Positions 29,553 to 39,249 of a DNA stretch of 64,000 nt are shown here, one piece after another. The stretch is from Candidatus Dadabacteria bacterium (GTDB lineage Bacteria; Desulfobacterota_D; UBA1144; Nemesobacterales; CSP1-2). Below the pieces are notes generated by a model. It had not been told where the DNA came from and did no database searches. It saw only the letters and a list, made by a program, of their open reading frames with translations. The stretch is taken from the NCBI GenBank assembly GCA_963805855.1, contig CAWDVW010000002.1:416001-480000 (forward strand). The letters are read 5' to 3'. The position numbers and the translations under genes were made by a program. Positions within the stretch are counted from its first letter, which is position 1. The number at the start of each line of letters is the position of its first letter.

Positions 29553-31119
29553 TTATGATGAACCTGGCGGCCACTGTTTCTTATGACCATTTTCGTCGAC
29601 GATCAGGCTATCAGTCCCTGGTGGCAAAACCTGAAGTGTCTTCAAGAACTCAATGACCGCATCCTGTTCATCTTCCTCCAACATTATAAATGCGTCAAGT
29701 GACGCCTGGGCTTCACCAGCGTGAGCCAGCACCGATTCCCGCAAAGTTGTAAACTGACCGTGGTGAAAAAAAGGCGGCTCATTTGCGACCCCCCAAAGCT
29801 TTCGTGTGATGAATTTTGAGTTTCCCGCAAAAAACATCGCAGATCCGGCAGCCTCATTCATATCGAGAGGCTCTATGTTTGGATCCCCCGGCCCACTCGT
29901 GATGTCGTGTAGCTTGAGATCTGTGTAGGCCGGCACATTCACAACACCATGCTTAGGTTTTAGACGCGGATGCGGAAGCTTTCGATCAGTTAGATCAACA
30001 CTCAGTGTCGGGGCATCACCCTCCTGCAGATTGCCGGGCGGATTAAAAGGATCAGGCTCCTTAAAGACCCAACCCTCGTTGTCAAGTGGCAAACTGGGCA
30101 CATGACACGACGTACACCCGATCTCGTCAAACTTCTGTTCTCCCAAAAGTACAGCCTCCTCAATCTCCGGATCATTAGGGATGACCCGTCCCGGTACAGC
30201 CAACGTCGCCTGGTGAATTGTACTCGCGGTCACGTCGGCCCGCGTAAGCTCGTTTTCAAAACCATCACCGTCGGGATCCGTATTAAGTCCGAACCGCTCC
30301 GTCGACTGAATACCATGATGATGGTTGAATGCATTATTGGTAAACTGACGGATTGACACCACAGCGCCAGCCTGATGGAAAGGCCGGATTATCAAACTTG
30401 GCGCATCGTCAGGACTAGTAGCTTCGAGGCTGGGCGCCGGAAGCCCCACAACTGACGACACGTCCCAGGTGCCGTCTAAATTCCGGGCTATTGTGCCAAA
30501 AGGGATTCCTTTAGAAATCAGCGGATTCTGCTGTCCCGGCGCCGTATCATCGCGAATAGCCTGTAAGTCAGCGGTCATCTGGCGAGCAAGCATCTCTATG
30601 AAGCCCGATCCAAACATACCTAATGTAGCTCGCCTATTGGCGATCGTCTGTTGCGTGACAGGTGTACCAGCTTCGTCCACCGCACCCTTCGTCGGAAGCG
30701 AGTCAGCCTGATCGAAGGTTGAGAAGTCAAAGCGCTGGCCAAGAACAAACACACTGGTCACAAAGTCGCCACCTCCCCCCGCAATACCGAAGGGTGCATT
30801 GTGGCATCCGGCACACGAGTTGGAGTCCGGCGCTGAGATACGGTTATTGTTCCTTGGGAAAACAAGTGGGTCACTAGGATCCGAAAGCGACGCGCCTGTT
30901 CCCTTAGTCAGAGGCCGTCCACCCCCTTCTTGACTCGTCCAATTAGCCTTAAACAGCTTTTCGCCGTGCACAATCAGGTCCTCTGATTGAAATCTCAAAT
31001 TCATCGCCATCCTGCAGATGATCGGGTACTGAAACCTCACGCCCGATTTCGGCGGCCACAGCACTATACAAAAATCCAAGCGAAAAAAACAATAAACCGA
31101 GTGTAACTAAGGTTTTCAT
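29553..31119 (-). pseudogene. Di-heme oxidoreductase/peroxidase (DHOR, 'thiol oxidoreductase') gene with frameshift near 30984
   Basis: Two CxxCH motifs (CAGCH, CTSCH), YTDLKLHD, T..LWG, HHG, HAGEA; RBS and signal-peptide start MKTLVTLG (31119) lie in another frame. Confidence 0.75.
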
Positions 31120-31379
31120 AGTTGCCCCCTCTGTTTAGTATTAGAGATTTCTTCATTATAGCAAAACATAAAGTCTAAAATCAACATGAAATTTAGCTAC
31201 GTCCACAAAAATCAAAGATTTGTTATAGAACTGGTACCTGTGTAGAAACCGGGAACGCATACCAACGAACTTCCTCTTGATCAAAGTATTGTCAATTTTC
31301 CTTCGCGGAAAGATTAATCTTTTAGAAACTACTAATACTCGAGTGAATGCAGAATGCCAAAAAATGGCACCAATTTATT

Positions 31380-31598
31380 TCAGCCTTCGCTGTCGTCCGA
31401 ATTCTCGAAAGTTATCAAGTCACCCACATCACAATCCAATGCCTTACACAATGCATCTAAGGTTTCCCGTCTGATTCCTTTCCAGGTGTCATCGTAAAAG
31501 GGCTTCAGGCTTGTAAGAGAAATGCCGGACTTTCTCAATAATTTTGTTCTTGTCATCCTCTTCGAGCCGAGGATCGTTGACAAATTGCACTTAATCAA
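31380..31598 (-). CDS. Cro/C1-type HTH transcriptional regulator (HTH_26/YozG-like)
   Basis: IKCNLSTILG..RM...L...SGIS...L......GIRRETLDALCKALDCDVGDL. Confidence 0.85.
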   Translation of the reverse strand: MIKCNLSTILGSKRMTRTKLLRKSGISLTSLKPFYDDTWKGIRRETLDALCKALDCDVGDLITFENSDDSEG

Positions 31599-31626
31599 TT
31601 ATCACACCCCCTGAGATGATCGGGTA

Positions 31627-31655
31627 TTTATAATATATATCTGATGGTTTGTCAA
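31627..31655 (-). promoter_or_regulatory. sigma70-like promoter for the HTH gene
   Basis: TTGACA-17-TATAAA on the minus strand. Confidence 0.6.
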
Positions 31656-31684
31656 ATATGTCTTGTAATAATAAAAAAAATACC

Positions 31685-31713
31685 TTGACTTTTAAAAAGG
31701 AAAGTTTTAATAT
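31685..31713 (+). promoter_or_regulatory. Divergent sigma70-like promoter
   Basis: TTGACT-17-TAATAT. Confidence 0.5.
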
Positions 31714-31722
31714 GATTCTTCG

Positions 31723-31750
31723 AATAACTAAAAGATGTCTTTTAGTTATT
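31723..31750. promoter_or_regulatory. Perfect 13-bp palindrome (candidate operator or hairpin)
   Basis: AATAACTAAAAGA-TG-TCTTTTAGTTATT. Confidence 0.55.
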
Positions 31751-31775
31751 GTTTCTATTAAAGGAGGATGAAAGG

Positions 31776-32006
31776 ATGTCAAGCTATGCCATTGCGACGG
31801 CTAGTCCGTTTTTGCAATTTGTGTCAAAAGGCGACAACCCACTCCATATATTAACAACAGAGCTCCCCGGACAGTGTTATTTATGCAATCATGCATCCAG
31901 GTCATTATTCATATTGACGTTCAATAAGCTCGCCTGCCACGTATGCTTCGATTTCGCGCTAAGTTGCAATTTTTTCAACGACTTAAGTCCCATAGATCAT
32001 TATTAA
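31776..32006 (+). CDS. Small putative Zn-finger protein
   Basis: AAGGAGG upstream; CxxC..CxxC (CYLC, CHVC). Confidence 0.5.
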   Translation: MSSYAIATASPFLQFVSKGDNPLHILTTELPGQCYLCNHASRSLFILTFNKLACHVCFDFALSCNFFNDLSPIDHY

Positions 32007-32167
32007 TCCTTCGATCCGGCTTAGGGCAACTGGGTCATTGCCGCACATAATACTTGTTTTTTGCTATTTAGACTCTGGTGAGATCAGTAGAAATGCGGCT
32101 CATTGATTATTAATTGAAGTTATTTAGAATTTAAATATTAATCTAACGATTTGAGGAGGCGTTCCCT

Positions 32168-32491
32168 ATGGCGCTGTACGGTGTATATGGAAGTCATACG
32201 ACTGAATCCTGTCCTTTAAATAACAAAGAAATAGCGACAAGGGTAGTCCAGTTATCAAAAATGGATTTATCCCCATTATTGACTAAATATAAAATCAATA
32301 AGGTAGTCGCCCAATATCACTCGGCTTTAGAACACACATTGGTTTGGGTGTTTGAAGCCGAAGACCCGCATCTAATTCAGGGATTCTGTGTCGAATCAGG
32401 ATTAGCCTCTTTTAACAAACTCACTATCGTACCTCTCATGACTTTTGGAGAAGGGGTTATACCTACTCTCAAAAAGATTCATAATCTTTGA
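32168..32491 (+). CDS. DUF3303-like small hypothetical protein
   Basis: HTTESCP..N, EHT.VWVFEAED, PL.TF; RBS GAGGAGG. Confidence 0.65.
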   Translation: MALYGVYGSHTTESCPLNNKEIATRVVQLSKMDLSPLLTKYKINKVVAQYHSALEHTLVWVFEAEDPHLIQGFCVESGLASFNKLTIVPLMTFGEGVIPTLKKIHNL

Positions 32492-32705
32492 TTTAAAGTT
32501 GCGAGGCTCACCTCTCAGTACATTATAGGAGGGAGTGCCAGCAAAAAGGTTGAAGTTTTCTTCGAACAGGTTCTGTTTAACTTCGGGAAGGGACGCATCA
32601 AGCTGTTAAGTTTTGTAACCTTTTCGATCATTATTTGGTTAATAATAAACATTGACTCATGAATTTTTTATTTTACACTTGAAGAAACCAGGAGGTCATA
32701 CATAA

Positions 32706-33035
32706 ATGAACACAAAACTAAATATATTCTTGTTGGCTTTGGTTTTGGTAACATTGTCAGTTGGGGGAAAATCTGATTTTATCATCGAACCCGCGGAGTC
32801 GCATGAGTCCTTAGACCTTAATCTAGTTGAAATAGATTTTGACCAAGCTCCCCTCGCATTTTTAGAACAGGAATCGAACTCCGAAATCATCTTGGCTGAG
32901 AAGAATTGTGGAAATGAAAGCTGCTTTGACAGAGAATGTTGCTGTCTTAACGTTGAAACTGGCGCACAATGCTGCAGGCCCCGCGGCAACAGCGCAAATT
33001 GCATTGAAGCATGCAAAAAAAGCAAACCGTGCTAA
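32706..33035 (+). CDS. Secreted Cys-rich peptide precursor
   Basis: RBS AGGAGG, signal peptide, acidic linker, 10 Cys in the last 43 aa. Confidence 0.7.
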   Translation: MNTKLNIFLLALVLVTLSVGGKSDFIIEPAESHESLDLNLVEIDFDQAPLAFLEQESNSEIILAEKNCGNESCFDRECCCLNVETGAQCCRPRGNSANCIEACKKSKPC

Positions 33036-33160
33036 CGTAAAAAAGTAGTTCGGTAATGAGTCGGGTCCTAAATGACAAAATGAAAACCAACAAGAGATTC
33101 ACAATGAGAGTTAAAGAATTTTTTTATACTATCTATCAGCTAAATTTCTGAAAGTGCAGT

Positions 33161-33772
33161 TTATCCGATTCTTTTTGCAATTATAGTAAAATACTTAATC
33201 AAGTTCAGCGGGTGACATATTTTTTCCTTCATGATCTCAAAGCCGGAACTTTTCAAGCTTTCAATAAGGTCCATTCTTCTATACATTCTTTCATAGGGAT
33301 GTTTAGTCAGTTTTCTCAGGATTCTGCCGGTCGTCGTTTCAAATGTCTCTATTGAATAATCTTCGATCATTAACTCTCCACCTATTTTTAGAACCCTTTT
33401 CAATTCGTTTATGCAATCCTCCCAATTCGGTATATGATGAATAACCCCAAAATCAAATACGGCATCAAACTGTTCATCTATAAATCTCAACTTCGTGGCA
33501 TCACCCAATTCGAAAACTATGGAGTCATCGGCATTATTCATTTTAGCTATATCTACCATCCTTTGATCTAGGTCTATTGCATAAATCTTTTGTGGAGAAA
33601 AATATTTTTTGATCAATCTTGTTCCAATCCCGTTACCGCATCCAATTTCGAGTACGATTTTATTTGAGGGCAAAGACGATAATCTTCTAATTTCCTTTAC
33701 CTCGAATTTATCTTGGAGATAAGCCCTTACACGACTATTTATCACTAAGAACTCAAATCTATTAAGTATCAT
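33161..33772 (-). CDS. Class I SAM-dependent methyltransferase
   Basis: VLEIGCGNG, GDAT.L.F....FDAV, HHI..W....E..RVLK.GG. Confidence 0.9.
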   Translation of the reverse strand: MILNRFEFLVINSRVRAYLQDKFEVKEIRRLSSLPSNKIVLEIGCGNGIGTRLIKKYFSPQKIYAIDLDQRMVDIAKMNNADDSIVFELGDATKLRFIDEQFDAVFDFGVIHHIPNWEDCINELKRVLKIGGELMIEDYSIETFETTTGRILRKLTKHPYERMYRRMDLIESLKSSGFEIMKEKICHPLNLIKYFTIIAKRIG

Positions 33773-33823
33773 TATTTATCCAAACTCGCCGAAATAAGAT
33801 GTGACACCCGAAGGGTCAACGCA

Positions 33824-34450
33824 TTAGTTTGCCAACATCTCTACCGTGCCCCTCCCCGACGGTGAGCTCAAAATATAGGTCTCAGGACTATCGGGCAATA
33901 TCAGCGGGTAATTAATACCAAGCAGCACACCCACAAAGGAGTTATCTGCAGCTACCAGAAGAACGTACTTACCATCCTCAGGAATCTTCGTCTTCCATAA
34001 ACCCTCATAACTTAGCCCCGTCAATATAAAGTCGTGTTTTCTTTCCCATTCCCTAGGATCGGACGTTAATACATTACCGTTGTAATCCAATACGTAAGCC
34101 ACGGGATAGACAATGGTTTCTCTAAAAACCGATATACACTTACACGAGGTCGTAATCTTGAATGAAGCCATCCTACCAGCGCTTCCCGTGAATTCAAACA
34201 ATCTATAAAACGTTCGGTATCGATGACCGTTAGAAAGCTCAATAATAGAATTTCCTGTACCAAGCTCAAACTCTACAATCTCATTTGGAAAAATCTCCTT
34301 AGCCTGACTGAACTTAATCGCTTCTCTGAATTTATTAGCTACATTATTAGACTCAACAGACTCGATAGAATCATATAAGCTCTGCGGTGAAGCGGCGCAG
34401 CCTAAAAATATGAATAAAATTATGATGCACAATCGATTCTTTGATGTCAT
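33824..34450 (-). CDS. Putative lipoprotein
   Basis: Lipobox FLGC after a hydrophobic stretch; start taken at MTSKNR. Confidence 0.6.
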   Translation of the reverse strand: MTSKNRLCIIILFIFLGCAASPQSLYDSIESVESNNVANKFREAIKFSQAKEIFPNEIVEFELGTGNSIIELSNGHRYRTFYRLFEFTGSAGRMASFKITTSCKCISVFRETIVYPVAYVLDYNGNVLTSDPREWERKHDFILTGLSYEGLWKTKIPEDGKYVLLVAADNSFVGVLLGINYPLILPDSPETYILSSPSGRGTVEMLAN

Positions 34451-34495
34451 AATTTCTACTCTGTCCTCATCCTTTTCGATCCACAAAAAAAACAC

Positions 34496-36916
34496 TCAGT
34501 TAAAATTAAACGGATCCACATCGGTTTGAATCTTAACATTACGCGATATTCTGCTCTCTCTTAAGATCATCGAAAGCTTTTTTGAAAAATTATGAAGTGC
34601 CCTCACGTTCCTCGATTTGAGTAACATTTGATAACGGTATCGATTTCTTATCTTATAGATTGGAGCGGGTGAAGGTCCGAGTATTTTTATCACTCCAATA
34701 GGCATCTTCGACACCAATTTTCTCGCCAGTTCTCCCGCAATCCCGGCCGCGTTTATAGTGTCCGATTCCACTCTACCCTGAAACCTGAAGTTTACCAGCT
34801 TCGAGAATGGAGGGTATTCTAAATCGTCTCGAAGCTTCAATTCCTCTTTTAAAAATCCAACACTGTCCTGTTCTAAAGCGAATTTAATGCTGGGATGCTC
34901 CGGATTAAAAGTCTGAACAATTACCCTTCCCGGCTCATCCCCCCTTCCCGCCCTGCCGGCAACCTGGGTAACCAATTGAAACGTTCTTTCTCCAGCTCTA
35001 AAGTCGGGTATTCCAAGGGACTGGTCCGCGGATACTACTCCCACCAGGGTTACACCAGGAAGGTCGTGTCCTTTAGCAACCATCTGGGTTCCAATAAGGA
35101 CATCCACCTCGCCCTTTTCTAATCTATCATAAAGACGAAGCAGCTTATTTTTACCCACGACCGCATCACTGTCCATTCTGGATATTGCGGCTGTTGGTAA
35201 AATGCTTTTAACCTCATCCTCAATCCTTTGTGTACCCATTCCCAAGCCTCTTAGCTCCTTTCCACATTTCAAACAATGGTCAAACAACTGCTCTGAAATC
35301 CCACAGTAATGACATTTAATCGAATTATCCCTCATATGATATGTCAACGAAATACTACAGTTAGGGCAGGAGACTATCTCCCCACATGCCTGACATGCAA
35401 CGAAGCTTGAAAAACCCCTTCTGTTGAGGAAGAGTATGGTCTGTTTCCCATTATTAGCGTTCTCTATTATCGCTCCCCTCAGAATTTTGGAAAACACCTT
35501 CCGCTTCTCGTTTCTCATGTCAACGATCTCAAGGGCTGGAAGCGTCCTGTCTTCAACCCTCAGAGGAAGTGAAAGATATGTAAACCTCTGTTTTTCTGCA
35601 TTTGCATAAGTTTCAACAGAAGGTGTGGCGGAACCGAGTATCACGACTGAATTTGTCATCTTTCCCAAAACCAGTGCTAAATCCCTTGCGTTATAACAGG
35701 GACTTTCATCCTGTTTATATGATGCCTCATGCTCCTCATCCACCACTATAATCCCCAAATTTTTAAACGGAGCAAAAATAGCAGATCTTGCACCTATAAT
35801 TACACTCACGCTCCCTCTACTTGCCTGCCTCCAGGCGTCGAATCTATCACCTTCACTAAGAGCACTGTGAATAACCCCTACCTTCTTACCAAACCTTCCG
35901 CGAAACCTCTTTACAAGTTGAGGCGTAAGCGAGATTTCAGGCACCAAAACGATTGCCTCCTTTCCCCTTCCGATAACTTCTTCTATTACTCGCAAATAAA
36001 CCTCTGTCTTCCCACTCCCTGTGACACCGTGCAGCAGGTACGGAGCGAACTTTTCCCTGGCTATAGAGTCAGTTATTTCCCGAAACGCCAATTCCTGATC
36101 CGGATTAAGGATCGGTGGACTCTCATGATTTAAAGGGATTACCGAAAACGGATCCCTCGAGATCTCTACCTGTTCTATCTTAATAAATCCGCTTTTGCTT
36201 AATTCTCTAACATGACGGCGGACATCACCGAAAACCTCTTTGATGCTCGTATAAGGAACCTGCTCATGAGAGAGTACATATTCCAGGATCTTTGCCTTAG
36301 CCGGACTCCTCCTCCCAAAAGCTTCATTCATGTTTGAACCTTCTATAGGCGAAAGAATAGTTTCAGTCTTAATCTTAGGGTCCGAACGAAGTTCATAATC
36401 AAATTCGATGAGTTTCTTTCTTCTAAGGGAATTAAGCGTCTCATGAGTAAGTCCATCTAATATGTTAAAGAGCCTTTCAACTGTAATTCCAGGAATACTG
36501 GTTAAAGTTTTTAAAACAACTTCCTCATACTGGCTTAATCGCTTTTTATGTGCGACGTCTTTCTTATATTTGCATAACTTCACAACCCTCCTCAGGCTAA
36601 TCCCAAGACCCCCGGGATGTGCTGCTTTGAGCACAATTCCAAGCGAAGTCATGTAGTACCTTGAAACCCACTTCAGAAAATCAAGCCTCTTTTCGTCAAA
36701 GAGCGGCTCCTCGTCAACAATATCACTAGCATCTCTTAGGCTTATCCCCTCCGGAGGCTCGGCAAGTCCAACTATGAAACCCAGCATCTTCCGATTCTTA
36801 AACGGCACTACCACCCGCTTCCCTATCTCAATTCCCCCTCTGAGGTGAGAAGGAACTGAGTAAGAAAATGTATCTTCATTTGGTATGGGTAAAGCAACCT
36901 GTACGACTTCTTTCAT
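34496..36916 (-). CDS. priA: Primosomal protein N'
   Basis: GVTGSGKTEVY, VPEISLTPQ, DEEH, LNRRG, Zn-finger Cys pairs, GTQMVAKGHD, QVAGRAGR. Confidence 0.97.
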   Translation of the reverse strand: MKEVVQVALPIPNEDTFSYSVPSHLRGGIEIGKRVVVPFKNRKMLGFIVGLAEPPEGISLRDASDIVDEEPLFDEKRLDFLKWVSRYYMTSLGIVLKAAHPGGLGISLRRVVKLCKYKKDVAHKKRLSQYEEVVLKTLTSIPGITVERLFNILDGLTHETLNSLRRKKLIEFDYELRSDPKIKTETILSPIEGSNMNEAFGRRSPAKAKILEYVLSHEQVPYTSIKEVFGDVRRHVRELSKSGFIKIEQVEISRDPFSVIPLNHESPPILNPDQELAFREITDSIAREKFAPYLLHGVTGSGKTEVYLRVIEEVIGRGKEAIVLVPEISLTPQLVKRFRGRFGKKVGVIHSALSEGDRFDAWRQASRGSVSVIIGARSAIFAPFKNLGIIVVDEEHEASYKQDESPCYNARDLALVLGKMTNSVVILGSATPSVETYANAEKQRFTYLSLPLRVEDRTLPALEIVDMRNEKRKVFSKILRGAIIENANNGKQTILFLNRRGFSSFVACQACGEIVSCPNCSISLTYHMRDNSIKCHYCGISEQLFDHCLKCGKELRGLGMGTQRIEDEVKSILPTAAISRMDSDAVVGKNKLLRLYDRLEKGEVDVLIGTQMVAKGHDLPGVTLVGVVSADQSLGIPDFRAGERTFQLVTQVAGRAGRGDEPGRVIVQTFNPEHPSIKFALEQDSVGFLKEELKLRDDLEYPPFSKLVNFRFQGRVESDTINAAGIAGELARKLVSKMPIGVIKILGPSPAPIYKIRNRYRYQMLLKSRNVRALHNFSKKLSMILRESRISRNVKIQTDVDPFNFN

Positions 36917-36991
36917 GCTCAATTTGAGAGTCTAAACAGTTTAGTTCTTACTATCAATAATCCTGATTTAAAAACGGAGGGGGTTTCTTTT

Positions 36992-37125
36992 GTAGGGGCG
37001 GTCAATTGAACGCCCCTACTCTCGATGCCAATGACAGGGATAGGCGGGGTTTTCTAACCTCGTATATCAATTGGATTGGGACATAGTCGTCACGTAGTTG
37101 CCGTCCACCAGCAAGACTGGTGGGT
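36992..37125. repeat. GTAG-type REP-like palindromes
   Basis: gtaggggcggtcaattgaacgcccctac; taggcggggttttctaacctcg; ccaccagcaagactggtgg. Confidence 0.65.
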
Positions 37126-37483
37126 CACCGCAAGACGCAACTTAGAGGGTTAGCCGATAGGATCACAATTGAGAAGTAGCTAGCCCCATCTATCATCATT
37201 CCATAGGGCGGAAGAACCGGGAATAGCAGAGGCTCTTTAAAATCCTAATCAATAGGGAATGAATATGTCTATTTTACCGGGTAGCACAGAGATAGGCAGT
37301 ACTTTCCAGTGCAGGATGAGAACCTGAAGAGTCGCGGCGACGTTCTAAAAAGATGAAATCCCTGCTGTCTGGAATAAAACTTTATCCGTCAAGGACGGAA
37401 TAGTAGCAAGTTCTTTGACAAGACCTACCCAGCGTTTATTACCGAATTAGATGTTCAAAGATCATAATTCGTGCTTTGTATTT

Positions 37484-37535
37484 GTAGGCACAGACTTGTC
37501 TGTGCTATTTTTGGCACGAACAAGTTCGTGCCTAC
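37484..37535. repeat. Inverted REP doublet (REPIN-like)
   Basis: gtaggcacagacttgtctgtgc ... ggcacgaacaagttcgtgcctac. Confidence 0.65.
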
Positions 37536-37729
37536 AATGATTGTATACCGTCGGAACTGGGCCCGGTTGAAATGCGCCTTTGATTTTTCAATCAAAAATC
37601 TACAATTTCATGCTTCGACAGGCCTGTGCTGAGCTATGCCGAAGTGCTCAGTGTAAAAGGGTTTTTGAACACTCCAACGTCGAACGAACAAAGCGCCTCC
37701 GGGAGGTGAAAAATCTTTATATCTCTCAT

Positions 37730-38449
37730 TTACCTAGTAGCCCTGAGATTCATATTGAGAAGCCAGTTATGAATTGGCGACATATCTCGAAAGATATTGA
37801 AGCAGTAACCGATAAAATCTTGCGAGTATATTTCCCCGGGAAGGGGGTTTTCGCAATATACGCCTAATCCATTAAATAACAGCCAGTCGGCGTTTGGATG
37901 CCGGGAATCATAACCCCTGGGTACCTTCTTATAATACCTCCACCCAATTGTACATGACGGATTCTTTGTCGCTTCTCTTACAGCGTTTACCATTTCAGCA
38001 CCGTATTTGGGGTGGACGACGGATTCTCTATAAGCCTCTAGTAAATGCCTTGGAAAAATATGAAGACCGACTCCGATAAAGAGTTTCGATTTACTTAAAT
38101 GCAGATAGAATCCGGAGTTATCCAACTTCTTTCGTGGACCTTCCCAAAAGAAAATCCCGAGGTGCGTCTTATAAGGCGTCTTATCTGCACTAAACCTAGT
38201 ATCACGGTTGAGCCTGAAAATTGATCGGTCTCTCCTCGGATCGGCTACCACTCTCGGCGCTATTGACCGAAGCCTTTTCCCCATGTCTACAACAAACCCC
38301 TCCGCAGGTTTCATCACATATTTATCGAAACGCCCCCGGTTCTCCTCAAACCAGCTTTTGTCATTGTGCTTTTCGAGATCGCTGAAAAATTTAAAGAATT
38401 CTTTACTAAAGCCATGGAAGCTTAAATCTTTGAACATAAATTCCTCCAC
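37730..38449 (-). CDS. DUF2461 / TIGR02453 family protein
   Basis: F..L..HN.K.WF..N, SIFRLNRDTRFSADKTPYKTH, KKVPRGY. Confidence 0.9.
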   Translation of the reverse strand: MEEFMFKDLSFHGFSKEFFKFFSDLEKHNDKSWFEENRGRFDKYVMKPAEGFVVDMGKRLRSIAPRVVADPRRDRSIFRLNRDTRFSADKTPYKTHLGIFFWEGPRKKLDNSGFYLHLSKSKLFIGVGLHIFPRHLLEAYRESVVHPKYGAEMVNAVREATKNPSCTIGWRYYKKVPRGYDSRHPNADWLLFNGLGVYCENPLPGEIYSQDFIGYCFNIFRDMSPIHNWLLNMNLRATR

Positions 38450-38502
38450 TGCTCGCCTTTAAAGGTCGGATTGCAAAGATTACATAGGGAGTGGTATAAA
38501 CT

Positions 38503-39051
38503 TCATTTGAATGCCACAAAGATAAACAACGGGGGGATATTCAAAAAAACAAAATCATAGCTAATTTGACTGAAATATTTTTTCAAATAACCTACAACGG
38601 TTAGTGTAAATTGGTAGACTAAAAATGTCCCGTTGGTGGACAGAACCTTCCTGGTATTCCCCAATATCTTATGTTTTTCTTCCTTCTTGATAAAAGAGAA
38701 TGGGATACCAGATATGATATAGTCTGCAGTTTCTTCACCACACTGACGTAAGATGTCTTCCACATTTTCCGCCGTATCATTAAAAATTAAAACCCTCGGA
38801 TCCTTGATCTTCTTGAGAACTGAAATCATATCTGTATTTGTTTCAATCAGGATAAGCTTTGACTCAGGACTCATTCTTTCCAGAAGTATTTTTGTGAATA
38901 CGCCAGTCCCCGGACCGTACTCCACAATAATCTTCTTTCCGCTGAAATCCAATTTGTTACAGACCCGCTTGACGGCAAACTTAGACGAGGACACGATTGA
39001 GCCTATCTGTTTGTCCTTTAAAAAATTCTTAAAAAGGTATTTCTTTTCCAT
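38503..39051 (-). CDS. Phospholipid N-methyltransferase-like SAM-dependent methyltransferase
   Basis: IGSIVSSS, VEYGPGTGVFT, ISGIPF, YQF, NIPP. Confidence 0.8.
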   Translation of the reverse strand: MEKKYLFKNFLKDKQIGSIVSSSKFAVKRVCNKLDFSGKKIIVEYGPGTGVFTKILLERMSPESKLILIETNTDMISVLKKIKDPRVLIFNDTAENVEDILRQCGEETADYIISGIPFSFIKKEEKHKILGNTRKVLSTNGTFLVYQFTLTVVGYLKKYFSQISYDFVFLNIPPLFIFVAFK

Positions 39052-39249
39052 TTGTCAGTCCTTAAAAAGTGTTTGGGTAATTAAACAGTATCGTAAAGAA
39101 ATGCTTGATTTTAAACTAAATATTCAGAAAATTCAATCAAACCTGTCAAATAGATTGGAATTTCATAATTTAGCGCCTGATTGTCATTTGAAAGGACTAA
39201 TGAAAACTATGATAACTGTCCTATTTTATTAGAACAGCTTAAAAATAAC

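Noticed and set aside
32696-33025. 109-aa antisense ORF
   Set aside because: Mirror of the Cys-rich peptide gene; no RBS or motif
37126-37480. Possible ncRNA or gene remnant upstream of priA
   Set aside because: Only short interrupted frames; no tmRNA, RNase P, SRP or 6S signature recognised
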